Position numbers and translations under genes: made by a program. From Eledone cirrhosa (lineage: Eukaryota), in NCBI GenBank assembly GCA_964016885.1, contig OZ024745.1, positions 16,554,001 through 16,618,000 of the forward strand: a DNA stretch of 64,000 nucleotides. The letters are read 5' to 3'. Below the pieces are notes generated by a model. That model was not told where the DNA came from and made no database searches. It saw only the letters and a program-made list of their open reading frames with translations. Positions 53,323 to 64,000 of this stretch are shown in pieces (within the stretch, counting starts at the first letter, position 1; the number at the start of each line of letters is the position of its first letter).

Positions 53323-56262
53323 CTACAGGCACACGCTCAGGGTAGACCCATACACACGGGCCATTCTTGCCTCTCTAACCCACCTTTCAACAAACTGGCT
53401 GGAAGTCAGCACTTCCCTCTCCACCCTCATTTTCCTCTTCATGTGAAACCCGAAAAGGTTAATGAGGGCGTCACCGAAGAGGAAAGTAGGCGTCTTCAAC
53501 CCTTTCAGAAGGGTCCACCATACAATCTCTTTTACCATGGCCACCAGGCAGATAAAAACTGCCTGCCCTTCTCGGCTACAGAAGGCGGCGGGGAAATTTT
53601 CACAGTGGACTCAGCTGAGAGCCGGATCCGTTCTACACGTGATAGCAGGTGTTCCGCATAAACCCACAAGTCGGCATTGCTCGGACATTGGACGAGTGCG
53701 TGCAGGACGGTTTCATCGCCCAGCGCGCATCTCGGACAAGCCCGGTTGACGGCACTTCCATGCCTGTAGAGTTTATCCCGAACTGCCAAGGCTCCTCGGT
53801 AGCACTGTCAGGGATTTCTGGAAGATGACCATGGTCCCCGGCCCGAAAGTTCTCCCGAAGAGATTGGCTAGTTGGTTTTCGTCGACGCCTAGAGTCTCCC
53901 CAAGGACGTCGTTGCTCTTTCCCTCCACCAATCCTCTATAGAACGCCAAGGTGGAGTTTCCAGCGATTGTATTGCTCGATTGGTCGAGGGCTGTAAGCAC
54001 CTTAATACATTCCAGTCTCGAAGCGCTTCTTCTCGGTCTTCGCTTGACCCAGCACTGCAGCTCCGCCAAGGAGACAAGCTGGGGAAACATGTGTCAAGCT
54101 GGGGAAAAATGTCTCGAAGAAGAGGTAGAGATGTCATAGGCTGAGTGCATGTCTGCGCATCATCAGCCACAGCATGCCCAGCTCTCGGCGTAGCAGGTGT
54201 TGACAGCAGATGGACTCCCTGACCATCGGAGCACGTCCCTTCTACAAAAAGCGAAAGAGCAAATGCTCCAGTGCAGTTAGGCGAGGCTTAGGTCAAGGCA
54301 CGACGGTCAGGCGATAGTAGATACGGACGCGATGTACGCATTCGCCACCTCCACTCGACCTTTCAGGGATAGCTTCCTCTCGGCTAGAAGCCACCTTGCT
54401 TGTGACCTCCTCCCAGTTTTTGTCCGTCTGGAGGTCCGGACCGAACCAGAACCCTAGCAATTTAACCGGTCCGTCCCTCCAGCGCCCGACGACGTTGTTG
54501 GACGGCATGGACCTGCCTCTCCAGGTGCCGAGTTGCAGGCCTACTGTTTTTCCTGGTTGATCATTGCTCCTGTCACTACCTCGTATTCACTTAGTGTGGT
54601 GCCGATCGCTTGAATGTGATTGGCGTTCGACACCACTACTGATGTCGTCTGCATAAGCTGACACTGTTCTTACGCATCCTAGTTCACGCGGGATCCCCCA
54701 CAACGTCTCCACTTTGTGCAGTAATGTCTCGAGAGTCAATACGTACAACAAAGACGAGAGTGGACATCCTTGGCGGATCGAGCGCAAGATGTTGAACGTT
54801 TCCGAAAGATGACCGTGCACTCTCACCACATAGCAGATGTCGCTGTGCATGACAGCAATCCAGCCTCTGAAGAAAGGCCCAAAGCCAGCTGCTCTTAGGA
54901 TTGCAGACCATCCAAACCAGGCGATGTACCCATTGTGAAGCTAGTCATTGCCTCCCGTACTTCAGCAGCTGTTATCGGCCTTTCGCAACACTCCGCATCA
55001 GTGGCCGACAGCCGCAGCAGTCCATCGAGGTAGGCACTGAAGTCCATTCCGCCATGCGGCCCGCAATTGCCCCCGAACAGCTGAGCAAAATTGCTGGTGA
55101 AAAGCCGTACACATCTGTCCGGGATCGAGTATCATGCGACCGTCGTGGTTCGCCAAAGACCGGATCGTGGCTTCGTTTCCACGATGTGCCACCGCCACAT
55201 GGGCCCATTGAACGGCTTTCGTGCCCTCGTGTCTGAGAGCACGCTCCCTAGCTCTGAAATCGCAGCCTTCGTTCTTAGCGTTGAAAAATTGGTCAAGGGC
55301 CAATTTCGCCGAAAGCATGTGGGTCGCGATGCCTTTACTAAGCGCCTCGTCTAATTTGCTAACTAGATTTCCTTCTGCTCTATTTTTCTGTTACTAGCGC
55401 TTTACTAAACCTAATGGACTCTATTCTAATCACTCTTTTCGGAGCAAACTACCATTTGTTGTTGACGATGTTACCTGTCAACGCCCGCTAAACTAATTCG
55501 CTAATCCGGCTCTGTAAGCTTTGCGCGCTGTTAATGACGCGTTTAGGTTCCAGTAGCCGGATCCCTGTCTATGAAGCCTATCTAAGTCAACCACGAAGAT
55601 TACGAACTTGGTCCGTGTAGCTGACTATCTTAAATTGTGGACAGCCTATGCTAGACCTATCTATTTCCCTACAAATTACCCTATCTAGATATGATCTGGA
55701 TGACCCGATACGGTTTGTCCAAGTCCACATTGGCACATTCGGGAAATCCAATCGGTACCTGTCCCACAGTTAAATACGCCTGAGTAGGTTTGTGAGGCTT
55801 TTACACCCTCCTCCCCTATCCGCTAATCCCTCACAATCCCAGCATGCATCTAAGATCCCGTTCCAGTCGCCCACTAACACTAAAGAGCGGGACGTTCCAA
55901 GAAAGGTCTCCAGACGCCGGACGAATTCAGGCTGTGCTGCTACTGTTGGGGCGTAGACGGCCACTAGCCTGAAAGCTTGTCCTTCTCCGCTGGTCACGTC
56001 TAGTACCACCAACTTACCTTCTGGGTCCAGACTTCTCCGGAACAACACAGTCCTCCCCACCCCCAGAACCGGTATGGCTTGGAGATGTGTGCACCTCGTA
56101 GCCGCCGAAAATGGGTGCGAATGCCTGTACCTCGGAGATTCTGGTCTCGCTGATGGCCACCACATCTATGTTTAGCGACCTGAGATCGTTCAGCAGGTGG
56201 CCCTGCTTCCAAGTCGACCCCAGCCCACGTGCATTTATGCTACCTCTTCTGAGAGAAGCCAT
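53323..56262 (-). pseudogene. Frameshifted ORF2 (APE-RT-Zn) of LINE copy B
   Basis: Fragments 56014..56307, 55770..56165, 54998..55318, 54587..54850, 54293..54508, 53773..54090, 53532..53789 and 53323..53544; RT N-terminal half missing at about 54900. Confidence 0.88.
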
Positions 56263-56899
56263 GTTGGCTAGGATAGGAGGAAAACAAGTGAGAGAAGAGA
56301 AGTACAAAAATTACCTGTGACTCTTTTTTAGGAAGGGGGTGTGTGATCCATCCCTCCGACCATTGGTGGGTTTCACCACGAGAATGTCCAATGGTGATGT
56401 TCCCTCGGTAGTCTCTAATTGATGTGGGGAACATTTTTTTTAATGTTATGTAATTTTTTGTGTGATTTCTATTATCTTTATGTGGGGGTGGGTGGTGGCG
56501 GGCGCGTGCAATTTTGGTGGTTTGTACGTAGTTTGTTTCTGTGCTGTTGGTGTGGTGTTAAATGTAATTTAAAAGCTTTGTATTGTCTGTGTCTATGGCT
56601 GTGTATTGTGTCTGCTGCTGGGGTGTTGGTGCTTTCTGTGTTTGCTGTGGTGTTGTTGAAGGTGACGATGGGGTAGATGCTAAGGGTGGCGGTGGTGGTG
56701 TTGGTGGTGGTGGTGGTGATGGTGTAGGTGGCTGTGGGGTGTGGCTGTTGATGGTGGTGGAGGAGGTGGGTAGTTTCCTTTTCCTTTTTTTGGGGGTTCT
56801 TTCTTCCTCTTTTTTTTGGGGGGGGGGGGGTAGGGAGCGCTTCCTCTTTTTGTTGAAATAGTTCTCCATTCTTCGGCCTCATCGCACTCCTTGTCCAAT

Positions 56900-58140
56900 T
56901 TAGCTATATTAGGAAGGGGCATGCTTTACATTGGTTCTGTGGGTGGTGGAAGAGATGGTGCTTTTGTTGTTGGGGATGATGATTTCTCTTCTGCCACTGT
57001 GGTCTTTGTTTGTTTGTCCGCTCCAGTTGCGGGGCACGGCGTGGAGAGAAGGGGTGGGCGCGTGCTTGTTTTGGTGAGTTTGGGGCCGAATGCCTCATGG
57101 TGGTCTTGTCACCGCATCCATGACACCTTAGGCGCCTACCCCCGACAGTCACGTGTAGATGGCTGCCGTCGTCCAGGTCTATTACATCGGGTTGGCCTCA
57201 ATGCTCTCATGGTTTGCTTGGATAATTAGCTCCATCCCCGACCCTGTTCAATTTTCCTGTCTTATTCGCATGACGTTGAGTATGGTTGTTGAATCCTCAA
57301 CGTCAGAGAGGACGGCCGCCGTCAACCACGCCATCTCCACTGAGGGCGGAACCTGGGCCACTCGAACCCTCACGACTCTCTGGCCGCAGTATGTGGGCAT
57401 CATTATGACTTCGTCACTGCGGAGTGGCGCAATGGAGTGTGCTCTGGCTTCTTCTGGTGTAGTGAAGAGCACATCCACAGTGCCATACCTCGAACCCCGG
57501 GCTATGTATGTTTTCTGTGCCCAGACGGCACCCATAGCTCTTTTACCTGTGAGTCCGTTGCCCGTTCGACTCGCAACGATTTTGCTCCGATCGTGCGATA
57601 ACTGACCGAACACAAAAGCTTGTTTCTTATTATCTCAGCTGGGTGGGTGAGACTTACTCTGTATCCGGTCTCTTTAACCAAGACCTTTGCTTGTTTTATT
57701 TCTTCATTGGTGATGTGTACTTGCTCCAAATTGTTTGTCGCTTTAGCGAAAGACGTGTTTGTTTTGATTTGTGTTGACTCATCGCTAGTTTTGTCTTTGT
57801 TGTTGTTGCCGTCGTTGGCGTTTTAGTGTTTTTTCCTCTGTGCTGCTGCTGTTATAGTTGTTGCTCGTTGGGTTCTTTATGGCTGTTGCTGTTGTTATTG
57901 TTGTTATTGGGGTGGTGGTGGTGTTTGATTTTTCTAACGTAGGGAAGTTATCGTTGTAATTTCCACTACTGCTGCTACTGTTCCAGTAGCTGCTGCTGCT
58001 GTTGTCACCACCACTGTCATTGTCGCTGCTGCTGCTGTTTCTCTTGTATTTTACTTTGCCTTGTGATTGGATGGATCGACTGTTCCGCTCTCCGAACAAC
58101 CCGCTGTTCCTCTCTGTGGACAATTTCTTTTGTCCGCCAT
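56900..58140 (-). pseudogene. Disrupted ORF1 (low-complexity N-terminus, degenerate zinc knuckle)
   Basis: YGTVDVLFTTPEEA...VRVRVAQVPP and RCHGCGDK (Cx2C knuckle, frameshifted). Confidence 0.7.
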
Positions 58141-58367
58141 GTTTTTTTTTCAAAACAAAATTTTGGGGGGTATGATTGTAAATAAATACAAATTTAGCCC
58201 TCAAGAGCGCGAGATACAGTTAAAAAACCATCTCCTTTGAAAGAGGGGTTCTTTAACTATACACCGATGTAAAAAATAGTATATAGAACTTTCGATAACT
58301 CAGAAAAATTCAACTAGCTTACTCCGCCGTAGTTACTGCCGTCTCATAATAATAACAACAACAAATA

Positions 58368-58750
58368 ATAATTGTTTCTACTTATTTTTGGCACAAGGCC
58401 AGCAATTATCCAGTGCATTACTGGTACTTTATTTTATCGACCCCGTAAGGATGAAAGGCAAAGTTAACCTCGGCGGGATTTGAACTCAGAATGGCAAGGG
58501 TCGTAACTCTGCGTCAAAGCATGGCGTCCGACCCTCTACCGATACTGCCAATCCACCAACAACAACAAATGATAATAATAATTGTTTCTACTTTTGGCAC
58601 AAGGCCAGCAATTATCCCAGTGTATTATTGGTACTTTATTTTATCGACCCCGTAAGGATGAAAGGCAAAGTTAACCTCGGCGGGATTTGAACTCAGATCA
58701 TAAAGCGCCGTAACTCCATGCTGCAAAGCATGGCTTCCGACCCTCTACCT
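58368..58750 (-). mobile_element. Two SINE copies
   Basis: 58368-58557 full length; 58578-58750 slightly 5'-truncated. Confidence 0.9.
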
Positions 58751-58837
58751 GAATATCTGAGGCTGCAGGTAGGGGCTTGATGTTCATTTCAACAAACTTT
58801 CCAGTTAAATAACATCAATGACTGAGATTCAAAGAAC

Positions 58838-58868
<31 letters not shown>
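58749..58868 (+). mobile_element. Second Dong/R4-like 3' end
   Basis: ctgaatatctgag.ctgcaggtag...ttccagttaaataacatcaatg.ctgaga.tcaaaga.caataataat closely matches 52991-53094. Confidence 0.8.
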
Positions 58869-58870
<2 letters not shown>

Positions 58871-59469
58871 GAAAAGAGACGGTTTTATGTATACGTCCTC
58901 TGATTATTATATAATTGTGTTATACGCAGCCAAAGAAAGACCCTTCATATGTCATCTTGCTGGAAATAGTAGCTAAAATCTCTGAAATCCTACCCTATAT
59001 TTTTTCGATATTACAACCTGCAATTCCAACAATATTCCAACAATATTCCAACAATATTCCATCAAAATATAATTTTTATCGATGACAGCTTGTAACAATG
59101 TATTCAATGACTATAATTGATTTATTAGGTATGTATCGATATTGAAAAATATGGCAACAAAACACAGTAACAGAGAATATTTTCATAGTTTACTTTTATA
59201 TTAAATTCTGAAACAATATAGGAAACATAACAAACGAACAAACAAAGCTATACCTGGGGATAGATGTACAGGTGCGGAATACCTGAGTTCCTTTCAAGAT
59301 GAAATGAAGACACAATGCGCAATAATTCGTTTTTGTAAACAATTACTAAAAACATCTTTTGGCAATATATTCGTCTTCAGTTATTTAGTATATATATATA
59401 TATATATACAAAAAGTGAAAACGAAATGAAGTAAACAACAGAGGACAATGATGAAATATATTAGTTCAA

Positions 59470-59740
<271 letters not shown>

Positions 59741-60559
59741 CATATGTGTGTGTGTGCGCGTGTGCGTATGTATATGTGTATGCCTATGAATATGTAAGTT
59801 GCTTAAAGTTTCCAGTTTATTATATAAATGGAAAATAACAATAAAGGATTGTAACAAAAATATAGAATATTCTTTCTAAATTGATTTTGCGAACTACCAT
59901 CCCTTCAGGAATAATTTGCATAATACATCCGTCTATTCATAACAAGCATTTGGTCCAGACGTAATGTAGTTAGAATTTCTAATTATGTAGATTTGGGAAA
60001 AAAATAAAATGCTTCCTTCTTAAGTGTATGCATCATTTAAACATATTTACATGCCACTAAGAAACCTACATTTGGAATACTTGGTAAAAGATATAGACAT
60101 ATGTTTACGAATTGAACTTCTCTTTTATATGTTATCTTAACAGCCACTCTTGTAGTTATTGACTTCTTCCCAGTAAAATACTACATACAAAGCTTTGTTA
60201 CCTAAGAATATATCGAATCAACTAGACTCATGTTTGACTTATGTATATTTTTTAAAACAAAATATCAGATAGCGTTAGATTCACGAACTCCGCAGACAAA
60301 ATGCGAAATACCTCACTTGATACTATGACGAGGTCAATGTGTCATTCCAAATCGTACTTCTTGTAAATGATGAGAGCATTATCATCACGATTGCTCCAAA
60401 TTGGGAAGTAGTTAGGTGTACCAGATGTTTTCATCATTTTCTAATGTAATATAATGGCATATCATCCATTTCGCATGTCGGTTATTGATTCTCATGAAAA
60501 TGTATACACATGCATGTACACTCGTGGTAAATATATACGGTATTGACCCGTAATACTTG

Positions 60560-60860
60560 AGGGAGTCGTTGGGGCCGGATATTGACATACGGCGTTTCTT
60601 AGGGCATCTTCAAAACTGGTGGAACCCATCCCTCACGAGGTCTGAGTACAGCAGATATTTTCCAGAGAATGATAGACTGTGAGGAAGTGGCAAAGAGATA
60701 TGCAGCGAGAATTACTAGACTAGTACGTTTGTATGGACCTCCAAAGGATGAAAGGCAAAGTAGGCCTCGGCGGGATTTGAACTGACAGAGCAGAGAGCCG
60801 GAAGGAATACCATAAAGAATGTATCCGATATTCTAACGAATTTGCCAATTTCCCGCCTAT
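60560..60860 (-). mobile_element. Old long SINE (SINE head/core plus extended tail)
   Basis: aggatgaaaggcaaagtaggcctcggcgggatttgaact core; tail shared with 48428-48710. Confidence 0.65.
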
Positions 60861-61282
60861 ATTTTGTTATACACCAATATATGTGTACCTTTTATGAGAA
60901 AAAATAATTCAATATATGTAGGTAGAGCAAATAATTTTAAGTGAAATAAAGGTATAACTACTAAGTTACTGAAAAGGCTTAACAACAAATATATTATTAT
61001 CTCACATATGTACATAGACTACACATATACACCCACACACAACAATGTTATGTAGATATATTTTAAGTATGTTTTTATTGTACAAGGAATCATATATGAC
61101 ATGTTTATATATAATAAACATCATTTAATCCTCCTATGATTTTTCAATAAGATGTGATTATGACACCTTTATCTTAGCAACAAAGTTAGCAATGAATATA
61201 GCGTAGCTAAAGGAAATTTATTACACACAAAAATCGTATATTCTTCCATATACAACCCTATTGTGTTCCATGAGATTGGTAG

Positions 61283-61387
<105 letters not shown>

Positions 61388-61859
61388 TATTTATTTATTT
61401 ATAGTGAAATAGAGCCCCGCCGTATATTTGACTAAGTAATTTTCAAAACAACGCTAAGTTCTGTATCTTATATATATATATATATAGTTTTTTATCAGTT
61501 GTCAAATATTTTGTTTTGGAGATGTTGATGTGTAAGCCACCCTCCAGCGAATGTTGGCCAGTACATTTAGAAAGTCTGGCAGATCAGTTCTAGAGTAACT
61601 CATGATGGCCAGATCGTCTGCAGCTCAGATTTGATAGAATTTTACCTTCTATTTCATAGCCAGAGGAGCATTCCCCTTCAGTTTGGTAAATAAGTGCAGC
61701 TATAACTATACAGAAAAGAAGTGCTGATAGTACACCACCTACTTATCTCCCTTCGAGATGTCTATACAGCGTGTAGTTCCCAAGTCTGGTTTGATATATG
61801 CTGTTGAGTTGGTGTAAGTTTCTTTCAATAGGTTGATGTTATATGGTCTCCACCGCGTT

Positions 61860-62140
61860 AATTGGACGACAAGGTCACTTCAGAAGCTCTCTACATTCCA
61901 GAACCACACCATGAGACTTATGGTGTCAACAGAACTCAAACTATACGGCAAAATAAATAGATCAACTCGCGGTGTGAGTAGATTATGCCTGGAAGGAAAG
62001 TTGGCTGGTAAGAGATGCAGAGGCCGGCATGATATTGTCAATTTATGGACTGGACGTGATCTTTGCTCTTTGAACTCGGCTGCTGGTGATCGAACTTTGT
62101 GAAGAGAAATATCACATATTAATGCGCAGTCGGCAACTAG
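61860..62140 (+). mobile_element. RTE-clade LINE 3' fragment
   Basis: WT...KLSTFQNHTMR...LEGKLAGKRCRGR...AGDRTL*REI. Confidence 0.6.
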
Positions 62141-62296
62141 TGGAGTTTATCGTCACAAGAATACGGTCTATATATATATATATATATATATAGACCGTAA
62201 AGAGTCACGTTTCGACGTCGTAGCCTTTTCCCGTTTCGACAGTAAATTCCAGACACACACACACACACGCACACACCCACACCCACACACACACAC

Positions 62297-62382
<86 letters not shown>

Positions 62383-63080
62383 ATATATTTTATATATATA
62401 TATATGTATATATACATATGTGTGTGTGTGTGTGTGTGTGTATTTATGTATATAGCAAAAGTAACGAAGATCGCTGGTATAAATTCATCGTCCCTCGGCC
62501 AGCGTCTAGCTCACTCAATGAATCTGGCAAATTGCAGTTATGCAGCTGCAAACAACAGCTCATAGATTTTGTTTACTGTAGACAGTTGGCTGTGCTTTTA
62601 GTTAGAGATAGATATAAATATCTCCTTCCCAGACGATCGTTTCTGGGCAATATAACTTTACAAATGCAGATTTTACTTCTGCAATGTTCAGAAAATCATG
62701 CAAAATAAGTGGATATTTACGTAATCGGGAAGGATTACCCAATAATACTATACGTTATTTTTGTGCAGTGTGAGCCAGCCCTCACTATTGGATAATCTAT
62801 CTAGCAGTTCATGTCATCCTCTCACTCAGCCTCAAATGAAAAAAAGGATTTCTCGCAGATCATAACACGTGATTTTGGTAGATGATTTCGGGCAAATGAA
62901 TTCGTGCCAAAAACAAAGAACGCTTAATGCATAATATGAGCGTCTATAGATAACGAGGTTCATCCATATATACACATATATATGCAAACAATATCTGATT
63001 TGTGATACGAAGTCAAATATTCAATACTCAAAATTTAATCTTAGAAAACATAAACAAGAAACATGTGGAAGGGATATGCA

Positions 63081-63125
<45 letters not shown>

Positions 63126-63180
63126 CGCGGCGATGAATTAGTTTAGCGAGGTTTTTTATATGAAATCGTGTGTCGAAACA

Positions 63181-63729
63181 AATATTGTTATACTTGGGGA
63201 GGGTCATATTTGTGTAATATTTGTTTCTACTTTTGGCACAAGGCCAGCAATTATCCCAGTGTATTACTGGTACTTTATTTTATCGACCCCATAAGGATGA
63301 AAGGCAAAGTTAACCTCGGCGGGATTTGAACTCAGACCATAAAGGGACATAACTCTTTTTTGCTGCAAAGCATGGCGTCCGACCCTCTACCGATACTGCC
63401 AATCCACCACCTTTATTTGTGTAATATTGCCAGAATTAATAACAGAACACACTCACTGTTTGGTTGGTTTTCGCTTCTCGCTGTCTTATATATCTGCGAT
63501 CTAACTTAATCGGTCCTCAATGTTGCCATTGACTGACCGACGGTCAAAAATATTACAGATACAATATAGACACACCGTCGGTCAGTCAATGGCAACATTG
63601 AGGACCGATTAAGTTAGATCGCAGATATAAAAGACAGCGAGAAGCGAAAACCAACCAAACAGTGAGTGTGTTCTGTTATTAATTCTGGCAATATTACACA
63701 AATATGACCCTCCCCAAGTATAACAATAT
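63181..63729. repeat. Near-perfect fold-back palindrome interrupted by a SINE
   Basis: 63181-63221 plus 63429-63544 is the reverse complement of 63574-63729; 29-nt spacer. Confidence 0.9.
63222..63413 (-). mobile_element. SINE with 15-bp TSD
   Basis: tatttgtgtaatatt at 63207-63221 and 63414-63428. Confidence 0.93.
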
Positions 63730-63741
63730 ATACATATATAT

Positions 63742-63855
63742 ATTTATTAAAATAATAGATTAAAGTTTAAGCAAAGAATCGCTGCTTTCACCCTTAACAG
63801 ATCCCGTTTGAAAGCACCGATTCTTTGCTTAAAATATAATCTGTTATTTTAATAG
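63742..63855. repeat. Fold-back palindrome, ~45-bp arms
   Basis: tattaaaataatagatta..tttaagcaaagaatcg.tgctttca / tgaaagca.cgattctttgcttaaa..taatctgttattttaata. Confidence 0.8.
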
Positions 63856-63945
63856 ATATTTACTGTACGGTTCTTATATATTTGATATATATTTATCCTT
63901 ATCGATCCCTCTTTGGAATTTAGTCTTCAAATTTATTATTATTAC

Positions 63946-63976
<31 letters not shown>

Positions 63977-64000
63977 ACAATAAATGATGTCCATATAATC

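Larger units (their letters stand above)
53095..58345 (-). mobile_element. Tx1/L1-clade LINE copy B, near full length, decayed
   Basis: ORF1 remnants at 56900-58140; APE start MASLRRGSINARGL..DVVAISETR at 56262, then VYAP, VGDWN, YWNLN; RT IRQGCPLS/AYADD; C-terminal CPRC..H..C; 3'UTR similar to copy A. Confidence 0.9.

Noticed and set aside
51506-57605. Plus-strand ORFs over the LINEs (e.g. 51506..52015, 57159..57605)
   Set aside because: Antisense shadows of GC-richer retrotransposon coding sequence.

Overview
AT-rich, repeat-dominated eukaryotic DNA, most likely cephalopod (Octopus-like: very long (TA)n/(CA)n arrays plus a tRNA-derived SINE family; this is an inference). I find no intact host gene; almost all listed ORFs are microsatellite artefacts. 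Recognisable content: (1) about 20 copies of a ~190-bp tRNA-derived SINE, several with exact 10-19 bp target-site duplications (TSDs) and some in tandem. (2) A retrotransposon pile-up in (AAT)n at ~49.8-58.9 kb: two decayed Tx1/L1-clade LINEs, Dong/R4-like and CRE-like endonuclease tails, and SINEs. (3) RTE-type LINE fragments and a Tigger/pogo-like MITE. (4) A possible decayed Maverick/Polinton-like major capsid gene at 37.6-39.5 kb. (5) The main finding: about ten fold-back palindromes next to (TA)n tracts, with roughly 17 minimal type I hammerhead ribozyme (HHR)-like motifs in or near them. Several HHRs look structurally complete, and three carry the compensatory U3-A8 core pair. This fits Penelope-like element (PLE) pLTR remnants or retrozyme-like non-autonomous elements that target TA microsatellites. 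All calls are by eye; no searches were run.
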